64,000 bases of DNA from Alphaproteobacteria bacterium (lineage in GTDB: Bacteria; Pseudomonadota; Alphaproteobacteria; Bin95), in NCBI GenBank assembly GCA_964291285.2, contig OZ219787.1, positions 1,120,001 to 1,184,000 on the forward strand. The letters run 5' to 3'. The position numbers were made by a program, and so were the translations under genes. The first letter of the stretch is position 1. Each line of letters begins with the position of its first letter. Positions 33,472-43,622 of this stretch are shown in pieces. Under the pieces are notes generated by a model, which ran no database searches, was not told where the DNA came from, and worked only from the letters and a program-made list of their open reading frames with translations.

Positions 33472-34257
33472 CTACATGCCTTCGCAGACCACCGGATTGG
33501 AGAGGGTGCCGAGCCCGGAAATCTCGATTTCGCAGAGGTCGCCGTGCGCCATGTTCGGGCCGGCGCCTTCCGTGCCCATCCAGACCACGTCGCCCGGCAC
33601 CAGCGTCAGATAGCGGGACATGCGGGCGATGAAGGTCTCGACGGAGAAGATCATCGAGTCGGTGGCGAAGCGGATCGTCTCCTCGCCGTTCAGCCGCACG
33701 ACCGTTTCCGTCCCGGCCGGGTCGAACTCCGTGTCGATCCAGGGGCCCATCGGCGCGAAGCTGTCGGTGTTCTTGGCGCGCCAGAGCGTGCGGTCATGCG
33801 CCTGCCAGTGGCGCTCCGAGACGTCGTTGCCGATGGTGTAGCCGAGCAGGTGGGCGCGCACCTCGTCCTCGCGGATATTGCGCGCGGTCCGGCCGATCAC
33901 CGCCACCAGTTCGGCCTCGTATTGCACGCGCCCGGTTGCGTCCGCCGGGATGACGATGGGCTGCTTGTGGCCGGTTAGCGCGTTGACGGCGCGGTAGCCG
34001 ATGTCCGCGCTCTCCGGCAGGGACGGTATCTCGCCGCGCTTGTTGGCCGCCGCCACCGCATGTTCGGGATAGTTGAGGCCGGCGGCGTAGAAGGTGGGCG
34101 GCACGACCGGCGGCAGGAAGGCGGCGGTCTCCAGCGCGACCCGTTCTCCGGTCGGCGCATGCCCGTCGAAGGGGGATCCCTCGACGGTTGCGATGCTGTC
34201 CCCCTCGACGATGCCGTAGCGGGGTCCGTCCGCCGTCCCGATCCGCGCCCAGCGCAT
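33472..34257 (-). CDS. Fumarylacetoacetate hydrolase family protein
   Basis: AGLNYPEH, YEAELVAVIG, GYTIGNDVSER, AKNTDSFAPMGP, PGDVVWMGT. Confidence 0.92.
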   Translation of the reverse strand: MRWARIGTADGPRYGIVEGDSIATVEGSPFDGHAPTGERVALETAAFLPPVVPPTFYAAGLNYPEHAVAAANKRGEIPSLPESADIGYRAVNALTGHKQPIVIPADATGRVQYEAELVAVIGRTARNIREDEVRAHLLGYTIGNDVSERHWQAHDRTLWRAKNTDSFAPMGPWIDTEFDPAGTETVVRLNGEETIRFATDSMIFSVETFIARMSRYLTLVPGDVVWMGTEGAGPNMAHGDLCEIEISGLGTLSNPVVCEGM

Positions 34258-34400
34258 GGCGCTCCCTCCCACATGCCCGTTCCGGGCCCGCCATTGGTGG
34301 CGCGCACCCGACGGCCGGTCAAGTCCGGCGCAGTGTCCCCGGCGTCCCGCAGCCGGCATAATGGCGGCTCCATCGCCTGTTAGGGAAAGGGCAGAGGCAC

Positions 34401-35993
34401 ATGGTCGATCTCGCGCATCTCACGCTTGCCGGGGCCTCGCGGGCCATTGCGGCGGGGCAGTTGTCGTCGGTCGATCTGGTGGAGGCGACGCTCGCGCGGA
34501 TCGAGGCTTATGACGCCCGCCTGAACAGCCATGTGACGGTGATGGCGGAAAGCGCGCTCGCGGACGCCAGGGCGGCGGATGCGGAGATCGCCGCCGGACG
34601 CAGGCGCGGGCCGCTGCACGGCGTCACCGTCGCGCTCAAGGACATCTACGACACGGAAGGCGTGCTGACGGCGGGCGGCTCGAAGACCCGGCAGGACCGC
34701 GTGCCGGACGAGGACGCCGAGACCGTGCGCCGGCTGAAAGCGGCGGGCGCGGTCATCACCGGCAAGCTCGCCACGCATGAGTTCGCGCATGGCGGCCCGA
34801 GCTTCGACCTGCCCTGGCCGCCCGCCCGGAACCCCTGGAACACCGACCACTTCTCCGGCGGCTCGTCGAGCGGCTCCGGCGTCGCGGTGGCGGCGGGGCT
34901 GTGCCTGGGCGCGCTCGGCACCGACACGGGCGGCTCGATCCGCGGGCCCGCGGCGCTCTCCGGGGTCGCCGGGCTGATGCCGAGCTACGGGCTGGTCAGC
35001 CGGCGCGGCGTCATTCCCAACTCCTTCACCTTCGACCATTGCGGGCCGCTGGCCTGGACGGCGGAGGACTGCGCGCTGCTGCTCGATGCGCTGGCCGGCC
35101 ATGACCCTGAGGACCCGCGCTCCTCGACCCGCCCGCAGCACCCCGCGCCGCCTTCCATGGCCGGGCTCCGCGTCGGCCTTCTGCGCCACTACTGGGAGGA
35201 GGACCTGAAGTGCGCGCCGGAGATGGCCGCGGCCTGCGAACGCATGGCGGAGGTTTTCCGCAGCCTCGGCGCAAGCGTGGAGACCGCCCGCATGCCGCCG
35301 GTGCAGGACTGGTACGACGTCAAGATCACCATTGCCGAGAGCGAGCTCTTCAACGTCCACCGGCGCGACCTGCAGACGCGCCCGCGCGATTTCGGCCAGG
35401 ACTTCCTCTCCCGCGCGCTCGGCGCGGTCTGCTACACCTCGCAGGACTATATCGCCGCGCACCGGCGCTGGCGCCAGCTCCGCCGGGCGATGGAGCCGGT
35501 CTATGAGCGCTTCGACATATTGGTCGCGCCCTCGGCGACAGGCCCCGCGCCGCGCCTCGACGCGCACGACACCGCGAACTTCTGGCTCCATCCCAGCATC
35601 ACCACCCCCTTCGACGTGACCGGCGGCCCGGCGCTGACGATCACGGCCGGCTTCTCGGAAAGCGGCCTGCCGCTCGGCGTGCAGATCGCCGCCGCTCCCT
35701 TCCATGACCGGGTGGTTCTGGCGGCAGGCCAGGCCTTCGAGCAAGCCACCGAATGGCGCGACCGCCGACCGTTGCTTGAAGCGGGCCCGCCGCCGGAGCG
35801 CGAGGCGGTGTCCCTGCCCGCGCCCGTCCTTCCGCCCGAGGGGGAATTGCTGGACGAAGTGCGGATGCTCGCCGCCGCCGCCGGCCTGCCGGACGACGAT
35901 TATGTACTGGCCCTCATAGCCGAAGGCGCCCCCCACGCCCGCGCCATGGGCCGACGGCTGGACCGGGACTACGGATATAGCGACGAGATTTGA
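34401..35993 (+). CDS. Amidase (amidase-signature family)
   Basis: GPLHGV.VALKD, GGSSSGS, GTDTGGSIRGPA, GLPLGVQI. Confidence 0.93.
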   Translation: MVDLAHLTLAGASRAIAAGQLSSVDLVEATLARIEAYDARLNSHVTVMAESALADARAADAEIAAGRRRGPLHGVTVALKDIYDTEGVLTAGGSKTRQDRVPDEDAETVRRLKAAGAVITGKLATHEFAHGGPSFDLPWPPARNPWNTDHFSGGSSSGSGVAVAAGLCLGALGTDTGGSIRGPAALSGVAGLMPSYGLVSRRGVIPNSFTFDHCGPLAWTAEDCALLLDALAGHDPEDPRSSTRPQHPAPPSMAGLRVGLLRHYWEEDLKCAPEMAAACERMAEVFRSLGASVETARMPPVQDWYDVKITIAESELFNVHRRDLQTRPRDFGQDFLSRALGAVCYTSQDYIAAHRRWRQLRRAMEPVYERFDILVAPSATGPAPRLDAHDTANFWLHPSITTPFDVTGGPALTITAGFSESGLPLGVQIAAAPFHDRVVLAAGQAFEQATEWRDRRPLLEAGPPPEREAVSLPAPVLPPEGELLDEVRMLAAAAGLPDDDYVLALIAEGAPHARAMGRRLDRDYGYSDEI

Positions 35994-36090
35994 AGTTGCT
36001 TGGACAGAAACCGGGGGCGATCCTGCGCGTTCGGATGGAAGGCGGGGGCCGGTAGCTACTCTACCGGGCGTTGGCGCCTTGCTTCTCCTC

Positions 36091-36111
36091 ATGTATCATC
36101 ATATGATACAT
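36091..36111. promoter_or_regulatory. Candidate HigA operator palindrome
   Basis: ATGTATCAT-CAT-ATGATACAT just upstream of the higB start. Confidence 0.65.
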
Positions 36112-36118
36112 TCGTGCT

Positions 36119-36400
36119 ATGATCGTCAGCACCAAGGGCAAACGGGCCGCGGAAGCGGTTGCAGGCCGCTACGGTAAGGGCTTTCCGACGGATCTGACAA
36201 AACGGACGCGCGCCATGCTCTCGGCGATGAATGCGGCAACGGTCCTTGAAGATCTCCGGTTTCCTCCGGGAAACCATCTGGAGCGGCTCAAGGGCGATAG
36301 AACCGGTCAACATTCGGTTCGTATCAACGATCAATGGCGCATCTGCTTTGTGTGGACCGAGCAGGGGCCGGCAGACGTCGAGATCGTGGACTATCACTGA
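36119..36400 (+). CDS. higB: HigB (RelE-family) toxin
   Basis: DLRFPPGNHLERLKGDRTGQHSVRINDQWRICF...VEIVDYH. Confidence 0.92.
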   Translation: MIVSTKGKRAAEAVAGRYGKGFPTDLTKRTRAMLSAMNAATVLEDLRFPPGNHLERLKGDRTGQHSVRINDQWRICFVWTEQGPADVEIVDYH

Positions 36401-36411
36401 AGGGACCTGGG

Positions 36412-36702
36412 ATGACCTTGTTGAAAAATCCGTCTCATCCGGGGGAGGTGCTTGCTCTCCTCTACCTGGAGCCGCTCGGGATGAGCGCGCCCGCGCTCGC
36501 AAAGCGCCTGGGCGTGCCCCGGACGCGGATCGAGCGTCTCGTGAAGGGCGAAACCTCGGTGAGCGTGGACACCGCGATGCGCCTCTCGAAGTTCTTCGGT
36601 AATACCGCGGAGTTCTGGATGAACCTGCAGCGCGCCTGCGATCTCGCCCGGGCCCGCGAAACCCTCGACCTGTCCGGTATCGAACCCCTCGCAGCGGCCT
36701 GA
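36412..36702 (+). CDS. higA: HigA antitoxin
   Basis: HPGEVL...LAKRLGV...TAMRLSKFFGNTAEFWMNLQ. Confidence 0.92.
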   Translation: MTLLKNPSHPGEVLALLYLEPLGMSAPALAKRLGVPRTRIERLVKGETSVSVDTAMRLSKFFGNTAEFWMNLQRACDLARARETLDLSGIEPLAAA

Positions 36703-36766
36703 ATCTTGCGGCAGCGATATAACCAAATGCCCATCGGGCGTACTGCGGGATTTTTTCCGGCCAGCT

Positions 36767-36973
36767 TCAGAGCATCTTGAAATAGCGGAAGGCGCGCCCG
36801 ATTGAGTTCTGCTTCCTGGACGGGCACGGGTGCTTGCGAGCATTGCCATGTCGGTTTGGAGCATCGCGCCGCTCAAGGCCGTAAAGTTCCTTACAATGCG
36901 CAATCCAGCACGTTTTCGGTGTCCATCCGTAATGTTCTCGAACCCAGTTCTGGATCTCCTTGTATGTTGCCAT
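36767..36973 (-). CDS. Small conserved-looking protein (68 aa)
   Basis: MATYKEIQNWV...WIAHCKELYGL...PCP..K..I..AFRYFKML resembles the C-terminal tail of some RlmD/TrmA-annotated proteins; SD-like AAGGA. Confidence 0.65.
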   Translation of the reverse strand: MATYKEIQNWVREHYGWTPKTCWIAHCKELYGLERRDAPNRHGNARKHPCPSRKQNSIGRAFRYFKML

Positions 36974-37032
36974 TTCGCGATGTTCCTTGCCGAAAGCACG
37001 TTATGTAATAGAGGGTCAATTTGGGTCCACGC

Positions 37033-37410
37033 TTACCAGCGCCGGTCGACGGCCGTGGCGTCGAAGACCTTGTCGACAGATACCAGGGCGCAATTCTCGA
37101 GTAGCGCCTGAGCGGCCAGCAGGCGGTCCCAAGGGTCGCGGTGTTCCCAATCGAGCAGGGCCGCATATTCGGCATGGCCGTGGGTGACGGGCAGTTCCTC
37201 TACCGCGTTGCGCCTCAACGCAGCCCGCAATTCCTGCGGCGGCAGATTCACCCGACGACGTCCGGCCTTGAGTTCGATCTCGTAGATCGAGACCGCGCTG
37301 ACGAGCAGCTCATTCGCACGGTCGAGGATCAGGGCGCGCGCCGTTTCAGACAGCCGGGCGCTCCCCGTCAGCCACCAATAGACGGCATGGCTGTCCAGCA
37401 GCAGTCTCAC
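37033..37410 (-). CDS. vapC: VapC/PIN toxin
   Basis: MRLLLDSH, SAVSIYEI, HRDPWDRLLAAQA, LVSVD. Confidence 0.9.
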   Translation of the reverse strand: MRLLLDSHAVYWWLTGSARLSETARALILDRANELLVSAVSIYEIELKAGRRRVNLPPQELRAALRRNAVEELPVTHGHAEYAALLDWEHRDPWDRLLAAQALLENCALVSVDKVFDATAVDRRW

Positions 37411-37697
37411 TCGGGATCGGGAGTTCCGCGCCAGATGCCGAGGGAGTCGTTGTATTCCCCGGCGTCGATTGCGGCCTGTTCCGGATCGCCACCGTCGAAG
37501 AGGTCGTCCGGCAGGCCGAGATGCCCGAGCGGCGCGGCCTCCCGGCCCGCTGCCTCGGTCGGGGGGACGATGCGGGCGTGGGGCTCCCGCCCCTTGGCGA
37601 TGACGATTTCCTCGCCAGACTTCGCCCGCGCCAGGAGTTCCGAAAACCGGGCGCGCGCCTCAGCGATCTTGTAGGTGGCCGGCGGCATGGATTCCAT
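37407..37697 (-). CDS. Phd/YefM-family antitoxin
   Basis: IAEARARFSELLARAKSGEEIVIAKGREPHARIVP; stop overlaps the vapC start. Confidence 0.88.
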   Translation of the reverse strand: MESMPPATYKIAEARARFSELLARAKSGEEIVIAKGREPHARIVPPTEAAGREAAPLGHLGLPDDLFDGGDPEQAAIDAGEYNDSLGIWRGTPDPE

Positions 37698-37887
37698 CCC
37701 GATGTTGTACCCGGCCTCCCGGCACGGAGCGGCGCCAAGAGGTCGATAGAAATGTACATCAAGGTTGGTCAATTGCAAGCTGGACCGAACGGCATACTCC
37801 GTCACTGCAAGGCGCGCTATGGCCAGCCGCCCCAACCCGGATTATTCCTGCAGGGACGGGAACCGTTGGCGGACGGGAGGACGGGGC

Positions 37888-38499
37888 ATGGCGATCGTGC
37901 TTTACCACTGCGCCCATGCGCGCTCGATGCGGTGCGTGTGGACCCTGGAGGAGATGGGGCTCGACTACGAGCTGGTGACGCTGGAGTTCCCGCCGCGCGC
38001 CCACCACAAGGACTACAAGCAGGTGAACCCGCTCGGCACGGTGCCCTGCCTGGTCGACGGTGACGCCTGGATGACGGAGTCGGGCGCCATCTGCCACTAC
38101 CTGGTGGACCGCTACGGCCCGACGCCGCTCCGCGTGGCGCCCGACGAACCGGACTATCCGCTCTGGCTCGACTGGCTGCATCGCAGCGACGCCACGCTCA
38201 CCTTCCCGCAGACGCTGGTCTTCCGCTACCGCGACCTCGAGCCGGAGGAGCGGCGCCTGCCGCAGGTCGTGGAGGACTACAGGCTCTGGTTCCTCGGCCG
38301 GCTCCGGGTGCTGGAAGCGGCGCTGGAAAGCCGCGACTATCTCTGTTCGGGACGCTTCACGATTGCCGATATCGCCATCGTCTGGGCGCTGCATTTCGCC
38401 GGGCGGATCGGCATCGAGGAAGCCTTCACGCCCAATATCCAGGCCTATTGGGACCGCACGACAAACCGCCCCGCCTTCGCCCGCGCCGCGGCGCTCTGA
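37888..38499 (+). CDS. Glutathione S-transferase family protein
   Basis: RSMRCVWTLEEMG, VNPLGTVP, ESGAI, FTIADI. Confidence 0.92.
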   Translation: MAIVLYHCAHARSMRCVWTLEEMGLDYELVTLEFPPRAHHKDYKQVNPLGTVPCLVDGDAWMTESGAICHYLVDRYGPTPLRVAPDEPDYPLWLDWLHRSDATLTFPQTLVFRYRDLEPEERRLPQVVEDYRLWFLGRLRVLEAALESRDYLCSGRFTIADIAIVWALHFAGRIGIEEAFTPNIQAYWDRTTNRPAFARAAAL

Positions 38500-38638
38500 G
38501 CCGGAGAGCGCGCAGGAAAATTCTGCCGGGTCGGGCGCTAAACGATATTGACGAACCCTCGCCGGCGCGGCCGGATACTGCCAGTCGGTCAACCGGTCGG
38601 GGGCGCTGGCGCACCCGACCTGCTGCGAGTACACCGCC

Positions 38639-39754
38639 ATGGTTGCTGCGCCCCGCTTCACCCGCTTGGTTGAAAGCCTGCCCTCGACGATCCCGTTCGT
38701 CGGTCCGGAGACGCTGGAGCGCCGCCGGGGGGAGGCGTTCCGCGTCCGCGTCGGTGCGAACGAAAGCGCCTTCGGCATCTCTCCCAAGGCCGCCAGGGCC
38801 ATGCGCGAGGCCACCCGGAACATCTCCTGGTACAACGACCCGGAGGGCCATGAACTCCGGAGCGCTATCGCCGCGCTCCACGGCGTTTCCATGGACGAGG
38901 TGCTGCTCGGTGCCGGCATCGACGAGATGCTGGGCAATGTCGTGCGGCTGGTCGTCGAGCCGGGAGCGCCGGTGGTCACCTCGCTCGGCGCCTATCCGAC
39001 CTTCAACTACCATGTCGCGGGCTTCGGCGGCGTGCTGGAAGCCGTGCCCTACCGCGACGACCGGATCGACCTGGAAGCCCTGCTCGACGCGGTGTTCCGG
39101 CTGGAGGCGCCGCTCGTCTTCCTCGCCAACCCCGACAACCCGATGGGCACCTGGCACGACGCGGCCGCGGTACGCGCCTTCATCGACGAGCTGCCGGAAT
39201 GGACGCTGCTGGTGCTCGACGAGGCCTATATCGATTTCGCGCCCGCCTCGGCGGTGTTTCCCATCGATGCCGACGACCCGCGCGTCATCCGCATGCGGAC
39301 CTTCTCCAAGGCGCACGGCATGGCGGGCGCGCGCATCGGCTACGCGGTCGCGCCCGCCCGGACCATCGGGGGCCTGGGCCGCATCCGCAACCATTTCGGC
39401 GTGAATCGCATCGCTCAGGCGGGCGCGCTCGCCTCGCTCCACGACACGGCGTTCATCACTTCCGTGGTCGATGAGGTCGCGCGCGGGCGCAACGATTATT
39501 ACGCGCTCGCCCAGCGCCTCGGGCTCTCGACCGTTCAGTCCGCGACGAACTTCGTCGCCATAGACATGGGCGGCGACGGAGACCGGGCCCGTGCGGTGCT
39601 GGCGCGGCTCCAGGACGAGGGCGTGTTCGTGCGCATGCCGGGCGTCGCCCCGCTCGACCGCTGCATCCGCGTGACTGTAGGGACGGCGGACGAGCGCGCG
39701 CTGTTCGCGGAGGTTTTCGAGGCCGTGGCCGGCGAATTCGCAGGGCAGGGCTGA
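38639..39754 (+). CDS. PLP-dependent aminotransferase class I/II (HisC-like)
   Basis: GANES, ANPDNPMG, LDEAY, RTFSKAHGMAGARIGY. Confidence 0.9.
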   Translation: MVAAPRFTRLVESLPSTIPFVGPETLERRRGEAFRVRVGANESAFGISPKAARAMREATRNISWYNDPEGHELRSAIAALHGVSMDEVLLGAGIDEMLGNVVRLVVEPGAPVVTSLGAYPTFNYHVAGFGGVLEAVPYRDDRIDLEALLDAVFRLEAPLVFLANPDNPMGTWHDAAAVRAFIDELPEWTLLVLDEAYIDFAPASAVFPIDADDPRVIRMRTFSKAHGMAGARIGYAVAPARTIGGLGRIRNHFGVNRIAQAGALASLHDTAFITSVVDEVARGRNDYYALAQRLGLSTVQSATNFVAIDMGGDGDRARAVLARLQDEGVFVRMPGVAPLDRCIRVTVGTADERALFAEVFEAVAGEFAGQG

Positions 39755-39953
39755 ATGGGAAAGATAGATGCCAGAACCGAGCCATAAGCGACTGTGCTGC
39801 CGCACTCTGAGTCCGCAGGGGTGCCTATTAATGGCTGCGTAGAATTGGTACGCTCCCCATCTATCCGAACAAACCCAATTGATTTATAGAATCGGTTGCC
39901 TCTAGCTTTCAGACAACCTTCTGCTGTCGAAGAGCACGGAAAGGTGCATTAGG

Positions 39954-40931
39954 ATGACACAGCGCGTATTCATCGCTAACTTTGGGCGTGGAAATTATGA
40001 ATGGCCAACTTGCTTGAGAGATTCCACTATTGCTACAATGAACGATGAACATGTTCAGGAATATTGGGCTAATGGAGATCGCGAAAATTATATACAATAT
40101 TGCATCAATAATTTGAAAAGTTCTGGTGGAATTTCACCTACAAGACCGGTTGCGTCTCGTTGGTTTAATCTAATGACAATTGTCTCTGAGTCAGAAGGTG
40201 ATATCTGGATTCACCGTGCTAAAGATGAACTGTGGTGGACTATCTCTTTACACCAACAACCAACCATTACGTTAAAATTAGATCCTAACCCTCTCGAGGG
40301 AAGCGTCAATGTGTATATTTGTCACAAGCCCTGCAAACCGTGGTCAAACAAAAACAAAAATAACTCTCCCCTAATGTGGAAATCTTTACGCCCAAAGGCT
40401 AAGGACTTTATGTTCACCGAGGGCTCATTGCAGAGACTTCAACCAGATAACGCTCAATATGCGCTTGCCCTAATTGAGGGAATAGATTTATCAAAATGGC
40501 ATAATCGTCCCGATTGGAAGAAAAGGCAAATTAATACGCAAAGAACGCCTGTAAATTATCTTAACCCTAGACAAAAATCTATTGTTGATATGGCTATGAC
40601 TGCAGAAGGCACAGCACGGAGTTCACGAGGACAAAAAATTGAAACCCGAGTCAAGAACAAGGAAATTAAGTTTACTCGACAACAGCTTGAAAAATATCTA
40701 GATGCTTTATTACAAGCGCAGGATGGACTATGTGCAATTTCGTCACTGCCACTGCAATATCAAGGTAGTCACGATAATGCAGAATTCCTGTGTTCACTGG
40801 ATAGGATTGACAGTGATGGGCACTACGAACAGGGAAATTTGCAAATTGTATGTAGATTCATAAATCGTTGGAAGCGTGACCAGAATGATGAAGAATTCCG
40901 AAACCTTTTGGACATTGTTCGAGGCATATAG
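39954..40931 (+). CDS. AT-rich protein with a C-terminal HNH/EndoVII-like nuclease motif
   Basis: QDGLCAIS...SLDRIDSDGHYEQGNLQIVCRFINRWK; strongly lower GC than its neighbours. Confidence 0.7.
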   Translation: MTQRVFIANFGRGNYEWPTCLRDSTIATMNDEHVQEYWANGDRENYIQYCINNLKSSGGISPTRPVASRWFNLMTIVSESEGDIWIHRAKDELWWTISLHQQPTITLKLDPNPLEGSVNVYICHKPCKPWSNKNKNNSPLMWKSLRPKAKDFMFTEGSLQRLQPDNAQYALALIEGIDLSKWHNRPDWKKRQINTQRTPVNYLNPRQKSIVDMAMTAEGTARSSRGQKIETRVKNKEIKFTRQQLEKYLDALLQAQDGLCAISSLPLQYQGSHDNAEFLCSLDRIDSDGHYEQGNLQIVCRFINRWKRDQNDEEFRNLLDIVRGI

Positions 40932-40946
40932 GAGTATGGATGGTTA

Positions 40947-41783
40947 GGTCGTGTACCCATAAGGGGTTTCTTCTTCAGCGAAGCTGTGATTCAAGCTCCC
41001 AACTTCAGGGAGCGAGGACATGGGCCGGTACGATCTGACGGACTTCGAATGGCGGGTGATCAAGCCGTTGCTGCCGAACAAGACCCGTGGGGTGCCGCGG
41101 GTTGACGACCGGCGGGTGTTGAACGGCATTCTGTGGGTGCTTCGCGCGGGGGCGCCGTGGCGAGACCTGCCGGAGCACTACGGGCCTTATACGACCTGCT
41201 ACAACCGGTTCAACCGCTGGCGCAAGAAGGGCATCTGGGATCAGTTGATGGATGCGGTGGTGGAGGCTCACGACGGCAATGTGCAGATGATCGACAGTTC
41301 GAGCGTCCGGGTTCACCAGCATGCGGCGGGGTCAAAAAAGGGGGTCCGGATCGTTGCATGGGCCGTTCCCGTGGCGGACTGACCACGAAGATCCACGCCG
41401 TGTCGGACGTGAGCGGCCTGCCGGTCCGCTATGACCTCAGCCCCGGCCAGGCGCACGACACCACGGCCGCCGGTGCCATGCTGGCGACCCTGCCGCCCGA
41501 CAGTTTCCTCGTCGCCGACAAGGCCTATGACGCCAAATGGATCCGTGACCTGATCGAGCAACACGATGCCGTCCCGATCATCCCCGACCGCGAAGGCGCG
41601 AAGACCAGGCACGCTTTCTCCAAACCCTTGTATAAATTGCGAAACCGGATCGAACGCGCCTTCAACAAACTCAAGCAGTTCCGCCGCATCGCCACCCGAT
41701 ACGAAAAGCTCGCGGCCAACTTCCTCGCCATGATCAAGATCGCTACTGTAAGGCTCTGGCTACGCGCTTATGAGTCCACGGCC
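40947..41783 (+). mobile_element. IS5-family (IS427-like) element, two-ORF transposase
   Basis: TIR GGTCGTGTACCCATAAG / GGCCGTGGACTCATAAG; flanking GTTA duplication; orfA 41020-41382 (GAPWRDLP, IDSSSVRVHQ); orfB (GGLTTKIH, ADKAYD, RNRIER, RRIATRYEK); slippery A6G5 at about 41334-41344. Confidence 0.92.
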
Positions 41784-41876
41784 GTTAGTGGCTTATCGTT
41801 ACAAGCGATGCAGACTGTGGCCTCGCCGGGATTTTCGGGTTAAACAGGCTGGGATTTCTGGGTTGATCAGTTTGTC

Positions 41877-43520
41877 ATGAACGGGGAAGCGGTTCTGGGC
41901 GACGGGCGCGTCAGGCCGGACTGGACGATGACGCATCTGGTCCGCGCCCGGGCGCGCGAGCATGGCGAACGGGTCTTCGCGACCTTCGAGGGCGGGGCAG
42001 CGCTGACCTTCGCCGGACTCGACCGGGAGTCGGACCGCTTCGCCGCCGCGCTCGCCGCCTGCGGGGTCGGCCCCGGCGAGCGGGTGATGGCGCTGCTCGG
42101 CAACGGGCCGGAAATCCTGATCGCCTTTTTCGGCGCCATGAAGGCGGGCGCCCTCATCGTGCCGGTCAACATCGAACTCAAGGGCGCGTTCCTGGCGCAC
42201 CAGATCGGGAACGCGGAGCCGGCGATGGTCGTGGCGGAAGCCGGCCTTGTGCAGGCATTCGACGGCGTCGAGGGGCCGGCGCCGGCGCGGCTGGCCGTGG
42301 TCGGGGACGAAGCGCCGGCGGCCCTGCCGGGCCTGTTCGCCGGGAGCGCCGTCTCGACCTTCGAAGCCTTCCTGGCCGCAGGTGGCGGCGGTCCCGTTCC
42401 CGAAACAGGCGTCCGGCCCGGGGATATCGGGGCCATCATGTACACGTCCGGCACCACGGGGCCCTCGAAGGGCGTGCTGCTGCCGCACGGGCACCTGTTC
42501 CTGATGTCCGCCGCGACGGCGCGCGCGACGGGCCTGACGGGCGACGACTGCTACTACGTCTCCATGCCGCTCTTCCACATCAACGCGCTCTGCGCGCAGA
42601 CGCTGGCGGCGCTGACGGTCGGCGCCAGGGTCCATATCGTGCGCCGCTTCAGCCCCAACCGCTGGCTGGACGAGGTCATCGCCTGCGGCGCCACGCACAC
42701 CAACCTGCTGGGCGTCATGCCGGAGTTCCTGTTCAACACGGCCCCCACGCCGCGCGACCGCGACCACCGCCTGCGCGTGACCCTGGCGGTGCCCATCGGC
42801 CCCTGGGGCGCGGAGTTCGAGGAGCGCTTCGGCCTGCGCATCCTCCAGGGCTTCGGGATGACGGAGTGCGGCCTGCCGTTCTGGTGCCGGCTTTCCGAAC
42901 CCGTCGAGACCGGCTGCGCCGGCTATATCGCCGAGCAATGGTACGAGGCGCGCGTGGCCGATCCCGACACCGACATGCCCCTGGCCGCGGGCGAGGTGGG
43001 CGAATTGCTGGTCCGCCCGAAAATGCCCGGCTGCTTCTTCGCCGGCTACTACCGGATGCCGGAGCGCACGGTGGAAGCCTGGCGCAATTTCTGGTTCCAC
43101 ACGGGCGACGCCGCGCGCTATGACGAACGCGGCCGCCTCCACTATGTGGACCGCCTCAAGGACTGTATCCGCCGGCGCGGCGAGAACATTTCCGCCTTCG
43201 AGGTCGAGCAGGTACTGAACGCGCACCCCGCCATCGCCGAGAGCGCCGTGGTCGGGGTCAGGGTCGAGGGCGCGGGCGGCGAGGAGGAGGTTCTGGCGCT
43301 GCTGCTCCCGGAAAACGGTGCGCGGCCGGACCCGTGCGAGCTGCTCGACTGGTGCATGCCCCGCATGCCGCGCTACGCCGTGCCGCGTTTCGTGGATTTC
43401 GTCGGCGGTTTCGAGAAGACGGCATCCGGCAAGCTGCGCAAGGCCGACCTCCGCGACACCGGCCTGCCGCCGGGCGCCTGGGACCGGGAACAGGCCGGCT
43501 ACACCATCGCCCGGCATTGA
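41877..43520 (+). CDS. AMP-binding acyl-CoA ligase (CaiC-like)
   Basis: YTSGTTGPSKG, GFGMTE, WFHTGD, DRLKDCIRRRGENIS, KTASGKLRK. Confidence 0.92.
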   Translation: MNGEAVLGDGRVRPDWTMTHLVRARAREHGERVFATFEGGAALTFAGLDRESDRFAAALAACGVGPGERVMALLGNGPEILIAFFGAMKAGALIVPVNIELKGAFLAHQIGNAEPAMVVAEAGLVQAFDGVEGPAPARLAVVGDEAPAALPGLFAGSAVSTFEAFLAAGGGGPVPETGVRPGDIGAIMYTSGTTGPSKGVLLPHGHLFLMSAATARATGLTGDDCYYVSMPLFHINALCAQTLAALTVGARVHIVRRFSPNRWLDEVIACGATHTNLLGVMPEFLFNTAPTPRDRDHRLRVTLAVPIGPWGAEFEERFGLRILQGFGMTECGLPFWCRLSEPVETGCAGYIAEQWYEARVADPDTDMPLAAGEVGELLVRPKMPGCFFAGYYRMPERTVEAWRNFWFHTGDAARYDERGRLHYVDRLKDCIRRRGENISAFEVEQVLNAHPAIAESAVVGVRVEGAGGEEEVLALLLPENGARPDPCELLDWCMPRMPRYAVPRFVDFVGGFEKTASGKLRKADLRDTGLPPGAWDREQAGYTIARH

Positions 43521-43622
43521 CGAAAGGGAGCGGACAGTTCCGCCGCCGGATCGAATGCGGACCATCGGTCAAACCGGGTATATAAAACCAGCATTGACGC
43601 CGTCCGGGGAGGGTTGAGGACC

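Noticed and set aside
41334-41344. IS5 frameshift as pseudogenisation
   Set aside because: A two-ORF arrangement with an A-rich slippery site is normal for IS427-like elements
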